Assembly: GCA_016869145.1 (NCBI GenBank)
Contig: VGEU01000003.1
Span: 664-64,663 of the forward strand
DNA from: Alphaproteobacteria bacterium
GTDB lineage: Bacteria > Pseudomonadota > Alphaproteobacteria > MPNO01 > VGEU01
Reading direction: 5' to 3'
Length of the DNA stretch: 64,000 bases
How positions within the stretch are numbered: position 1 is the first letter of the stretch; each line of letters opens with the position of its first letter. Below, one piece after another: positions 11,210-21,003 of the stretch. The position numbers and the translations under genes were made by a program. The notes under the pieces are model-generated. The model was not told the origin of the DNA and made no database searches. It saw only the letters and a program-made list of their open reading frames with translations.

Positions 11210-11917
11210 CCGCCCGGCGGCCGGCAACGCGCCGCGCGCTCTTCGCCGGTAGTAGAGTCGCGCGAGCGACGGCACGCCGAGATGGAAGAGCGCGTGGATG
11301 ACGAGCCAGCCCGCGACGATCGCCGCGGGCCGGCGACCCGCGAACTTGCGTGACGAGGTGACGACCGGCGGATTGTCGATGACGATCGTGCGACCGCGTC
11401 GCTCCATGCGGCGGACGAGGTCGTAGTCCTCCATCAGCGGGATCGGGCGGAGCCCGCCGATCGCCTCGAGCGCACCGCGGCGAATGAAGATCGTCGAGTC
11501 GCCATAGTAGAAGCCGTGGCGCCTGATCCAGGCATAGAACCGCTCGAGCCAACGATCGAACGGCGTCGTGCCGTCGAACAGGATCCGGAAATTTCCGCCG
11601 ATCAGGTCCGGGTCGGCGTCGAGCACTGCGGCGATCCGCGCGATCCCACCCGGCGGCAGAACCGTGTCGGCATGAAGGAGGACGAGCGCATCGCTGGTGC
11701 TCGCCGCGATCCCGGTGGCGATCTGGCGACCGCGGCCGCGTTCGATGCGGATCACGCGAGCACCGGTGGCTGTCGCCGCGGCGATGGTGCCGTCGCGGCT
11801 CCCGCCATCGACGACGATGACCTCGACCGGCCCGGTCACTGCCGCGAGCCGGGCAAGGAGGCCGGGAAGCCGCACCGCCTCGTCGAGGACCGGTACGATC
11901 ACCGAAAGCCGGATCAT
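11204..11917 (-). CDS. GT2 glycosyltransferase, TIGR04283-like
   Basis: SVIVPVLDE, VVDGGSRDGT, GRGRQ, LHADT, YGD, IPLMED, TSSRKF. Confidence 0.88.
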   Translation of the reverse strand: MIRLSVIVPVLDEAVRLPGLLARLAAVTGPVEVIVVDGGSRDGTIAAATATGARVIRIERGRGRQIATGIAASTSDALVLLHADTVLPPGGIARIAAVLDADPDLIGGNFRILFDGTTPFDRWLERFYAWIRRHGFYYGDSTIFIRRGALEAIGGLRPIPLMEDYDLVRRMERRGRTIVIDNPPVVTSSRKFAGRRPAAIVAGWLVIHALFHLGVPSLARLYYRRRARGALPAAGRS

Positions 11918-12674
11918 CGCGCACCCGCCCCGGCGCCGAACAGACCGAGGTCGGCGAGCGTCCGCTCGTGATCGCGCCAGCGCGCGCGCAGATAGCCGCG
12001 ATGCAGCCGGGCACGGATCAGCGCCATGCCGCCCGGGCGGGATGGCCGCGTATCGGCGGCGGTCATCCAGAGGTCACGGCTCCAGCGATGGATGTGCGCG
12101 CGGGTTTCGGGTTCGAGCGCGGCGAACGCCGCGGCGAGATAGAGGCGGCCAAAGGCGACGCGGCGCGCCTCGTCCTGGTCGGCGATCGTCGTCACGCGGC
12201 GGAGCGTCGGGCAGGGAAAGAGCCGCCCCGCATCCCGCATCAGTTTCACCGCCTCGCCCTCGAGCACGACATGGAGCGCGACGACGAGGGCCGCCGGATC
12301 GCCGTCCCAGGCGAGTGCCGCGGCGACCCCGGCGCGGATCCGTCATCCGCCGGCACAATGTCGCCGAGCCGGGCGAGATAGGCGGTGTAGAGCACGCGGT
12401 GCCGGGCCTCGTCGGCGGCCTGGGTCGCGAGGAAGCGGCGCTGCGGCCCGGGCGGCAGGCGACCGAGGAGGCGGGCGCAAAGCGCCTCGGCCGCGATCTC
12501 GCCGTGAAGGAGCTGGCTCACGATCCCGACATAGTCGGCGCGGCCCATTCAGCGCGGCGGCACGACATCGTGCGCCGCGTCGACGCACGCGTCGGCGGCC
12601 GCCGCCTCGCCCTTGACGATCAGCGCGGCGAGACGCTCGTCGGTCCGGCCGCGCGTCGTATCGGAGTATGCCAT
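11914..12674 (-). pseudogene. Ferritin-like diiron protein, disrupted by TGA (12549-12551) and a frameshift (~12340)
   Basis: Reassembled VPPR*MGRADY...HGE...DEARH...[shift]IRAGVAAALAWDG...HVVLEGEA...DEARRVAFG; second ExxH has H replaced by R. Confidence 0.75.
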
Positions 12675-12808
12675 CGGACCAGTCCTCGGATAAGGCGACC
12701 CGAGGAGTCTGGCGATCCGGGTCGTCGCCACCCAATCACGCGGTTTCACGTTCCTGCGACGATCGTCGCGGCAAGGGTTCGCTTACGCCGAATGTCTAGG
12801 GTGCGGAC

Positions 12809-13222
12809 ATGTCGACCCCGGGACGCCGTAGCCGCTCCCATGCCGGCCGCTGCCTCGCGCGGCCGCTCCTCGCCGCCTTCGGCTGGTTCAACGTCGCGCT
12901 CGGCGTGATCGGGATGATCGTGCCCGGCATGCCGACGACGGTGTTCCTTCTGATCGCGCTGTGGGCCTTCTCGAAGAGCTCGGAGCGGTTCCGCATCTGG
13001 CTCTACGAGCATCCGCGTCTCGAGCGGCCGCTCCGCGACTGGCACGAGCATCGCGTGATCCCGCGCCGCGCCAAGGCGCTCGCGGTCGGCTCCATGAAGG
13101 CGAGCCTCCTGTTTCTCGCGCTCGTCGTCGCCGAGGACTGGATGCTGCCCGCGATCGTCGCCGCCACCATGGCGCCGGTCGCGCTCTTCATCCTGACCCG
13201 GCCGTCGCGGCCGCTCGCGTGA
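12809..13222 (+). CDS. YbaN/DUF454 inner membrane protein
   Basis: GVIGMIVPGMPTTVFLLIALWAFSKSSERF...WHEHRVIPRRAK. Confidence 0.88.
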   Translation: MSTPGRRSRSHAGRCLARPLLAAFGWFNVALGVIGMIVPGMPTTVFLLIALWAFSKSSERFRIWLYEHPRLERPLRDWHEHRVIPRRAKALAVGSMKASLLFLALVVAEDWMLPAIVAATMAPVALFILTRPSRPLA

Positions 13223-13225
13223 GGT

Positions 13226-14362
13226 TCATTCGGCGGCGATCAGCCGGCCGATGATGATCCGCTGCACCTCGCTCGTTCCTTCGTAGATCTGGCAGACGCG
13301 CTGGTCGCGGTAGAGCCGCTCGACGAGCGTTCCCTCGAGAACGCCGATGCCGCCGTGGATCTGCACCGCCTCCGAGCACACGCGCTCGACCATCTCGGAG
13401 GCGAAGAGCTTCGCCATCGCGACCTCCTTCTGGTTCGGAAGGTCGGCATCGCGGAGCGCCGCGGCGTGGTGGGTCAGCGCCCGCGCCGCCTCGATCTCGG
13501 TCGCCATGTCGGCGAGCTTGAAGGCGATCGCCTGGTGGCCGATCAGCGTCGAGCCGAACGCCTCGCGCTTCCTCGCGTAGTCGCGTGCCGCCTCGTAGGC
13601 GGCCCGTGCGATGCCGATCGCCTGCGCCGCGATGCCGAGCCGACTGGTGCCGAGCCCGTCGAGCGCGATGCGATAGCCTTCACCGGGCTTGCCGAGCATC
13701 GCCGCGGCCGGCACGCGGCAGTTCGTGAACTCGATCCGCGCGGTGCCCGATGCCCGGATGCCGAGCTTGCGGTCGACCTCGGCGACGCGGTAACCGGGGG
13801 TCACGGTCGGCACGATGAAGCAGCTCATGCCCTTGGCGCCGGCGGCCGGGTTGGTGAGCGCGAAGACGAGGCAGAGCTCGGCATGCGAGCCCCCGGTGAT
13901 CAGCCATTTCGTCCCCTCGAGGACGTAATGATCGCCCTCGGCACGCGCGGTCATCGTGAGGCGCGCCGCATCGGACCCGGCCGCGGGCTCGGCGAGCGCG
14001 AAGCAGCCGAAGATCCGCCCGCGCGCGACCGGCTCGAGATGGCGCGTCCGTTGCTCGTCGGTCCCGAACTTGAGGAGCGGCCCGCACACCAGGGAGTTGT
14101 TGAGGCTGGTCACGACCGCAACCGAGGCATCGCCTGCGGCGAGCTCCTCGACGGCGAGTGCGAGCGAGAGCTGGTCGAGGCCCAGCCCGCCCCAACGGGT
14201 CGGCATATAGACCGCCATCAACCCGTCGCGGCCGAGGCGACGGAGCGTGTCGACCGGCAGGACGCCGGCCCGGTCGGCCGCGGCCGCATGCGGCAGGAGC
14301 TCGGCCGCGGCGAGCGCGCGGACCCGGTCGCGAAAGGCGGTCTGCTCGGGCGTCGGGATCAT
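13226..14362 (-). CDS. Acyl-CoA dehydrogenase
   Basis: FALAEPAAGSDA, GTKWLIT, KLGIRAS, REAFG, QIHGG, IYEGTSEVQR. Confidence 0.95.
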   Translation of the reverse strand: MIPTPEQTAFRDRVRALAAAELLPHAAAADRAGVLPVDTLRRLGRDGLMAVYMPTRWGGLGLDQLSLALAVEELAAGDASVAVVTSLNNSLVCGPLLKFGTDEQRTRHLEPVARGRIFGCFALAEPAAGSDAARLTMTARAEGDHYVLEGTKWLITGGSHAELCLVFALTNPAAGAKGMSCFIVPTVTPGYRVAEVDRKLGIRASGTARIEFTNCRVPAAAMLGKPGEGYRIALDGLGTSRLGIAAQAIGIARAAYEAARDYARKREAFGSTLIGHQAIAFKLADMATEIEAARALTHHAAALRDADLPNQKEVAMAKLFASEMVERVCSEAVQIHGGIGVLEGTLVERLYRDQRVCQIYEGTSEVQRIIIGRLIAAE

Positions 14363-14538
14363 GCGCGGGAACTCCGTTCGGTGGTGCGGCGACAGGATGT
14401 AACGCATTCGACACAACGCGAACAGCCAGGGCGTGCGAATGAAAATTGATCGCAACTGCAATGTGGGGCCTAATCGTCTCCGACCGCGCGGTAATGGCCT
14501 GTCATTGTCCTGCAACGTAGAACACCGGGTCTCACGCG

Positions 14539-15426
14539 ATGGAAATGCATCAGGTCCGGTATTTCCTCGCCGTGGCGCGCACGCTCAACTTCACGCGCGC
14601 CGCCGAGGAGTGCAATGTCTCGCAGCCCTCGCTCACGCGCGCCATACAGGCGCTCGAGGCCGAGCTCGGCGGCGAGTTGATCCGGCGCGAACGCACGCAC
14701 TCCCATCTCACCGAGCTCGGCACGCGCATGCTGCCGCTCCTCCAGCAATGCTACGACAGCGCGACGGCGGCGAAGACGGTCGCGCAGTCGGTGAAGCGCG
14801 GCGAGACCTCGCCGCTGTCGGTCGGCATCTCGTGCGCGGTGAGCGAGGCGGTGCTGACCGCTCCACTCCGCTCGCTCGTCGACCGGTTCAAAGGAGTCCA
14901 GCTGCGACTGAAGCGCGGCACGCCGGCCGAGATCTCGGCCTCCCTCAAGGCCGGCGAGATCGAGATCGCGGTCGCCGGGCCGCTCGCCGAAGACTGGGAC
15001 CGCGTCGACGCCTATCCTCTCTACGAGGAGCCGTTCGATCTTTTCGTCAGCCGCGAGCATCGGCTTGCCAAGAACGGCACCGTCGCGTTCGCCGATCTCC
15101 GCGATGAACGGCTTCTCGTCGACGTGAGCTGCGAGATGGCCGACACGGTGATGGCCGCGCTTAACGACATGGGCATCGACTGCGATGCAGCGCACCAGGT
15201 GACGACCGACCATGACCTGATGGCCCTGCTCGAGGCGAATATCGGCATCGCCGTGATCCCGGCGGGAACCATCTAGTCCAATCGCGTGGCGCGCGTCGGC
15301 CTCGACGGCCTCCGGCTCACCCGCCAGGTCTCGGCCTATGCCGTGGCGGGGCGGCGACGGTCGCCGGCTGTCGCGGCGTTCCTCAATCTCCTCCGGGCCG
15401 CAGCGTCGGCTAACGCGCAGCCCTGA
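14539..15426 (+). pseudogene. LysR-family regulator with in-frame TAG at 15274-15276
   Basis: HTH FTRAAEECNVSQPSLTRAI; reading through TAG gives SNRVARV...RRSPAVAAFLNLL, a normal LysR C-terminus, 295 codons total. Confidence 0.8.
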
Positions 15427-16114
15427 GCGCGCCGACGAGATCCTCGATCGCCATGCGCCGGCGATAGTCGGGATCGACATAGCGCGCCGTGATGATGCCG
15501 TCGGTGCCGACGACGAAGGTCGCGGGGATCGGCAGCGTCCACGTCCGTGTGCCTTGCGAGACCGAGGGGTCCCAGCCCGATTCGGTCATCAGCCGCGCGA
15601 GCTCGTCACCGACCCAGATCGCGAGATCGAGCGAGGCGGCATAGCCGTTGTCAACGTCGGTGAGGATCGGGAACGGCGCGCCGACGTCGTCCTTTAGCCC
15701 GGAGGTGAACTTCTGCCGGTCGGGCATCACGGCGACGATGTGCTGCCCCTTGGCATCCAGGTCCTTCTCGGCGCGCGCGAGCGCGTCGGAGTTGATCCGG
15801 CAATAGGGGCACCAGTGGCCGCGGTGAAAGGCGACGGCGACGGGACCCTTGGCGAGAAGATCGTCGAGACCGACGAGCTTCCCGCGCTCGTCGGGTAGCA
15901 GGAAGGGCGGCATCGCATCGCCCGTCTGCGGCGCGGTGGTGCCGGCGCCGGTCGAGCGCAGCCGGTCGACCATAGGATCGACGGCGACTGCGAAGTGCTC
16001 GCCCATGCGACGCACCTCGTCGGCGAAGGCCTGCAGCCGATCGGCGAGCGGTGCGTCCATCTCGGTGCAGCGCTGCGTGATCTCGTCCAGCGTCTCGGCT
16101 AGGGTCTTGGCCAT
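15410..16114 (-). CDS. Peroxiredoxin-like AhpC/TSA family protein
   Basis: FHRGHWCPYC, LPIPATFVV, DPDYRRR. Confidence 0.9.
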   Translation of the reverse strand: MAKTLAETLDEITQRCTEMDAPLADRLQAFADEVRRMGEHFAVAVDPMVDRLRSTGAGTTAPQTGDAMPPFLLPDERGKLVGLDDLLAKGPVAVAFHRGHWCPYCRINSDALARAEKDLDAKGQHIVAVMPDRQKFTSGLKDDVGAPFPILTDVDNGYAASLDLAIWVGDELARLMTESGWDPSVSQGTRTWTLPIPATFVVGTDGIITARYVDPDYRRRMAIEDLVGALRAAR

Positions 16115-16254
16115 GGGGCACTTCGATAAGTCGGCCCATGATAGGCACGCCCGGCCCCGATCGGTAATCGAAAAAATAACGGCAGGCGCTTCCCATTCGG
16201 CGCCGCGCGGGCATACTCCGGGCCTTGTACAAACGAGGCGCGAAGGGACGGGGC

Positions 16255-17949
16255 GTGGACTACGACACCATCATCGTCGGCGGCGGGTCGGCGGGCTGCG
16301 TGCTCGCGAACCGGCTTTCGGCCCGGAGCGCGCATCGGGTCCTCCTGCTCGAGGCCGGCATGGACACGCCTCCCGGCGCGGAGCCGAAGGATGTCCTCGA
16401 TTCCTATCCCATCGTGGCCTATTTCAACCCGACCTATCAGTGGGGCGATCTCCGCGTCACGCTGGAATCGAGCCCGCACAACGCCCCGCGCGAGGCGCCC
16501 ATCCGCCGCTACGAGCAGGCGCGCATCATGGGCGGCGGCTCGTCGATCAACGCCCAGCTCGCCAATCGCGGCGCGCCGCACGACTACGACGAGTGGGAGG
16601 CGCTGGGGGCCGAGGGCTGGGGCTGGGCCGGTGTGCTGCCCTACTTCAAGAAGCTCGAGACCGATCTCGACTTCGACGGACCGCTCCACGGCAAGGACGG
16701 TCCGCTCCCGATCCGCCGCCTGGCGCGCGAGGTGTGGCCCGGCTACGCACGGGCCGCCGCGGCCGCCTACGAAACCGCGGGCTTCCGCTATCTGCCCGAC
16801 CAGAACGGCGAATGGGCCGACGGCTATTTCCCGATCGCGATGTCGAACGTGGACGACCACCGCGTCTCGGCGGCGATGGCCTATCTCGACGCGAGCGTCC
16901 GCGCGCGGGCGAACCTGACCATCCTCGCCCACGCGCCGGCGAGCGAGATCCTGTTCCAGGGCAACCAGGCGACCGGCGTCCGCTTCACGTATGACGGGAA
17001 GACCGAGACCGCGCGCGCCGCGCTGGTGGTTCTCGCGAGCGGCGCGCTCCATTCACCCGCCTTCCTGCTGCGTTCGGGGATCGGTCCGGCCGCCGCTTTG
17101 CAGGCGCTCGGCATCGCCGTCCGCGCCGATCGCCCCGGTGTCGGCAAGAACCTCAACGAGCATCCCTCGATCGGCCTGTCGGGATTTCTCGGCCGCGCGG
17201 CGCGGCTTCCCGACAGCATGCGCCGGCATCTCCACGTCTCGCTCCGCTACTCCTCGCGGTTCGACGGCTGTCCGCAAGGCGACATGTTCCTGTCGACGGT
17301 CGGGAAGTCGGCCTGGCACCCGGTCGGCTGGCGGCTCGGCTCGATCCTCACCTGGGTAAACAAGACGTACTCGCGGGGCGAGCTTCGGCTCGCGAGCGCC
17401 GATCCTCGCGTCGAGCCCAAGGTCGACTTTCGCCTTCTCGACGACCGGCGCGATCTCGAACGGCTGATGTGGGGATTCAAGTTCGTCGCCGGCATGCTTC
17501 GCGCCGCGCCGCTCCAGGGCGTGATCGGCGATCTCTTCCCCTCGAGCTACAGCGAGCGCGTGCGATCGGTGGGCGTCGTCAATTTCCAGAACTGGCTCAA
17601 GACCTGGATCGCCGGACAGATGATGGACGGACCGGCACCGCTCCGGCGCTGGCTGATCGACAACGTGTTGACCGAAGGCGTGCGCCTCGACCGTCTCCTC
17701 GCCGATGACGCCGCGCTCGAGGACTATGTCCGGCGCACCGCGACCGGTACATGGCACGCGTCGGGGACCTGTCGCATGGGGCGCGCCGGGGATCGCATGG
17801 CGGTCACCGACGGCAAGGGCCGCGTCCACGGCGTCGATGGCTTGCGTGTCGTCGATGCGTCGCTGTTTCCATGCGTGCCGTGCGCGAACACCAATATCCC
17901 GACGATCATGACCGCCGAGAAGATCGCCGATGCGATCGTCGCCGGGTGA
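16255..17949 (+). CDS. GMC oxidoreductase, HmfH/HMF-oxidase-like
   Basis: GGGSAG FAD motif, DTPP..LDSYP, YEQARIMGGGSSIN.Q.ANRG, WHASGTCRMG, ANTNIPT; resembles Cupriavidus HmfH as recalled; GTG start. Confidence 0.88.
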   Translation: MDYDTIIVGGGSAGCVLANRLSARSAHRVLLLEAGMDTPPGAEPKDVLDSYPIVAYFNPTYQWGDLRVTLESSPHNAPREAPIRRYEQARIMGGGSSINAQLANRGAPHDYDEWEALGAEGWGWAGVLPYFKKLETDLDFDGPLHGKDGPLPIRRLAREVWPGYARAAAAAYETAGFRYLPDQNGEWADGYFPIAMSNVDDHRVSAAMAYLDASVRARANLTILAHAPASEILFQGNQATGVRFTYDGKTETARAALVVLASGALHSPAFLLRSGIGPAAALQALGIAVRADRPGVGKNLNEHPSIGLSGFLGRAARLPDSMRRHLHVSLRYSSRFDGCPQGDMFLSTVGKSAWHPVGWRLGSILTWVNKTYSRGELRLASADPRVEPKVDFRLLDDRRDLERLMWGFKFVAGMLRAAPLQGVIGDLFPSSYSERVRSVGVVNFQNWLKTWIAGQMMDGPAPLRRWLIDNVLTEGVRLDRLLADDAALEDYVRRTATGTWHASGTCRMGRAGDRMAVTDGKGRVHGVDGLRVVDASLFPCVPCANTNIPTIMTAEKIADAIVAG

Positions 17950-18037
17950 GGCGACGGGCGGCGCCCCGGCAATGGACTCAGGCGGCGAATCCCCATAACG
18001 TCGCGCCGACTTTCGCATTCAGGACGGAGACCGGCAC

Positions 18038-19639
18038 ATGGCGGCAAGCTTCAGGGGACTGCTCGACGACTTGAGGAAGGCGGGCGAGCTGGTCGAAATC
18101 GGCAAGCCGGTCGACATCCGCTACATCGCGACGCTGGTCGACCAGTCCGACAAGGCGCTGATGTTCACCAACGTGATCGGCTACGACATGCCGGTGGTCT
18201 CCGGCATCACCAACAGCCGGAACCGGCTCGCCATCGCGATGGGCTGCAAGTTCGACGAGATCGAAGGCAAGCTGCGCGCGGGCCTCGACCGGCCGATCGA
18301 GCCCAAGATGGTGAACTCGGGCCCGGCCCGCGAGGTTCTCATCGAGGGCGACGACGTCGACCTCTACAAGCTGCCGGTGCCGTTGTTCTCGGTTCTCGAC
18401 GGCGGGCCGATGATCACCGCGGGCGTGATCCTGTCGAAGGATCCCGAGCACGGGCTCAACGCCGGCATCTATCGTCTCCTGGTCAAGGAGAAGAACCTTA
18501 CCGGCATCGACATCGTGACGCCCAACAACCTGCACAAGTTCGCGCAGGCCGCCTACAAGGCGGGCAAGCCGCTGCCGATCTCGGTCAATATCGGCACCCA
18601 TCCGTCCGAGCTGATCGCCGGCTGCTACAAGGCGCCGCTCGGCACCAGCGAGATCGCGATCTCGGGCGGCATGCGCGGCGACGGCGTGCCGATGACGCCG
18701 TGCAAGACGATCGACATGCCGTGCATCGCCGATGCCGAGATCGTGCTCGAGGCCGAGATCCTGCCGACCGGATGGACCAAGCCCGAGGGCCGCTTCGGCG
18801 AGTTCACGCGGTTGATGGGCGGGCTCCACTGGAATCCGCATGTCCGCGTCAAGGCGGTCTCGATGCGCAGGAACGCCGTCTACTACGCGCTCCACATGCC
18901 GTGGGAGAACATCTGGCCGTCGGGGCCGATCTACGAGGCGGCGGTGCGCCGCGTCCTCAAGGAGGCGGGCGTCCAGGTGACCGCGGTCAACATCACGCCG
19001 GGCGGCTGCTGCCACTGGCACGCGGTCATCGCGATCCGTCCGCTCGCCGGCGATGCCAAGAACGCAATACTCGCCGCGCTCTCGGTCGCCGACATGAAGC
19101 ACGTCACCATCGTCGACCACGACATCGACGTGTTCGATGCGGTCGACGTCGAATGGGCGGTCGCGACGCGCGTCCAGGCCGACCGCGACGTCGTCATCAT
19201 CTCGGGTGCACGCTCGAAGCCGCTCGACCCGAGCCTCGTCATCGAGCACGGCAAGGTGCCGGTGACGGCCAAGATGGGGATCGATGCGACCATCCCCGAC
19301 AACGTGCCGCGCGAGCGTTATCACCGGATTTCCTACGCCTACTCGAACAAGGTGAGGCTCGCCGACTACACCGAAGCGGCCGCGACCGGCAAGGCGGCGG
19401 CCGTGTCGGTCGACATCGCCGCGCTCGCCGCCAAGATCGAGGCCCTTATCGCCGAGACGCCGCTCTATTTCGCCCAGCTCACCGAGCGGTTCGAGGCGGA
19501 AGGGTTCAACAACGTCGCCCGCGCGGTCGGCCAACTGCACAAGTCCGAGCGGCTTTGGCAGGACGCGGAAGGCCGCTTCTGCCTCGTCGGTTCGAGATTC
19601 GCCGCCCAGCCGCCGAAGCCGGGCCAGAAGGCGCACTGA
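18038..19639 (+). CDS. UbiD-family prFMN decarboxylase with C-terminal extension
   Basis: NAGIYR, EGRFGEF, VDHDIDVFD, VEWAVATR, PLDPS, KMGIDAT; ~90 extra C-terminal residues. Confidence 0.92.
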   Translation: MAASFRGLLDDLRKAGELVEIGKPVDIRYIATLVDQSDKALMFTNVIGYDMPVVSGITNSRNRLAIAMGCKFDEIEGKLRAGLDRPIEPKMVNSGPAREVLIEGDDVDLYKLPVPLFSVLDGGPMITAGVILSKDPEHGLNAGIYRLLVKEKNLTGIDIVTPNNLHKFAQAAYKAGKPLPISVNIGTHPSELIAGCYKAPLGTSEIAISGGMRGDGVPMTPCKTIDMPCIADAEIVLEAEILPTGWTKPEGRFGEFTRLMGGLHWNPHVRVKAVSMRRNAVYYALHMPWENIWPSGPIYEAAVRRVLKEAGVQVTAVNITPGGCCHWHAVIAIRPLAGDAKNAILAALSVADMKHVTIVDHDIDVFDAVDVEWAVATRVQADRDVVIISGARSKPLDPSLVIEHGKVPVTAKMGIDATIPDNVPRERYHRISYAYSNKVRLADYTEAAATGKAAAVSVDIAALAAKIEALIAETPLYFAQLTERFEAEGFNNVARAVGQLHKSERLWQDAEGRFCLVGSRFAAQPPKPGQKAH

Positions 19640-19642
19640 CCG

Positions 19643-20470
19643 ATGCGCCTCGCGAGCTTCCGCCACGCCGGCCGCGACGGCTTCGGCGCCGTGGTCGGCG
19701 ACCGCATCGTCGATCTCGGCGGCCACCATGCCGATCTCGGCGCGGCGATCGCCTCGGGCGCGCTCGAGGACATGCGCCGGCGTGCCGGATCCGAGACGCC
19801 GACGATCCCGCTCGCGGCGATCGAGTATCGCCCGGTGCTGCCGCGCCCCGAGAAGTTCGTGTGCGCCGGCTACAACTACCGGGCGCGGGCGAGCGAGAAG
19901 GCGCCGGGCGATTTCCCGAGCGTCTTCTTCAAACATGCCACGGCGCTGATCGGCCATGACCGGCCGATGGTGAAGCCGCGCAATTCCGAGAGCTTCGATT
20001 ACGAGGGCGAGTTCTGCCTCGTGATCGGCACGCGCGGCCGACATATTGCGGCGGCCGATGCGTTCCGTCACATCATGGGCTACACGCTCTTCAACGACGG
20101 CTCGGTGCGCGACTTCCAGGGCCACAGCGTCCAGGCCGGCAAGAACTTCCCGCAGACCAGCGCGCTCGGCCCGTGGATCGTGACCGCCGACGAGATCGCC
20201 GATCCGACGCGGCTCACCATCACGACCCGCGTCAACGGCAAGGAGCGTCAGCGCGGCTCGACCGCCGATCTCATCTTCGACATCCCGTTCCTCGTCGCCT
20301 ATGTCTCGTCGTTCATGGAGCTTCTGCCGGGCGATGTGATCTCGACCGGGACGCCGGCCGGCGCCGGCTGGCGGATGACGCCGCCGCACTGGCTCAAGCC
20401 GGGTGATGTCATCGAGATCGCGATCGAGGGTGTCGGCATGCTCAGGAACCGGGTGACGGCGGAGGCTTGA
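19643..20470 (+). CDS. Fumarylacetoacetate hydrolase family protein
   Basis: AGYNY, FDYEGE, NDGSVRD, GKNF, GPWIVT, PGDVISTGTPAG. Confidence 0.93.
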   Translation: MRLASFRHAGRDGFGAVVGDRIVDLGGHHADLGAAIASGALEDMRRRAGSETPTIPLAAIEYRPVLPRPEKFVCAGYNYRARASEKAPGDFPSVFFKHATALIGHDRPMVKPRNSESFDYEGEFCLVIGTRGRHIAAADAFRHIMGYTLFNDGSVRDFQGHSVQAGKNFPQTSALGPWIVTADEIADPTRLTITTRVNGKERQRGSTADLIFDIPFLVAYVSSFMELLPGDVISTGTPAGAGWRMTPPHWLKPGDVIEIAIEGVGMLRNRVTAEA

Positions 20471-20475
20471 AGCAC

Positions 20476-20991
20476 CTAGGCGTCGTAGGCGACAAGGCTC
20501 GTCGCGGGGATGTCGAGCCGGCTGCGGCCGTTCAGGAACGTGAGCTCGATGATGAAGGCGGCGGCAACCACGTCGGCGCCCACTTCGCGCAGGAGCTTGA
20601 TCGCGGCGCCCATCGTGCCGCCCGTCGCGAGGAGGTCGTCGAGGACGACGATGCGCTGGCGGGGCTTCACCGCATCGGCCTGGATCTCGACCGTGTCGGA
20701 ACCGTATTCGAGCGCGTAGGCGTGGCGGACCGTCGCACCCGGGAGCTTGCCTTTCTTCCGCACCAGGGAGAAGCCGCAGCCGAGCGCGAGCGCGAGCGGC
20801 GCGGCGACCAGGAAGCCCCGCGATTCGATGCCGACGAGCTGGTCGGGCCGGTGCGGGCGGACCGCCGCGGCGAGCCGATCGACCGTGGTCCGCCATGCCT
20901 CGGCGTGCCTGAGCAGCGTCGAGATGTCATAGAACAGAACTCCCGGCTTGGGAAAATCGGGGATCTGCCGGATATGATCCTTGAGGTTCAT
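20476..20991 (-). CDS. apt: Adenine phosphoribosyltransferase
   Basis: [46 protein letters not shown]. Confidence 0.97.
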   Translation of the reverse strand: MNLKDHIRQIPDFPKPGVLFYDISTLLRHAEAWRTTVDRLAAAVRPHRPDQLVGIESRGFLVAAPLALALGCGFSLVRKKGKLPGATVRHAYALEYGSDTVEIQADAVKPRQRIVVLDDLLATGGTMGAAIKLLREVGADVVAAAFIIELTFLNGRSRLDIPATSLVAYDA

Positions 20992-21003
20992 CGGGGCTCC
21001 GCC

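Noticed and set aside
12549-12551. Selenocysteine at the in-frame TGA of the ferritin-like gene
   Set aside because: Context suggests Trp rather than Cys, and the gene also has a frameshift and a lost metal ligand
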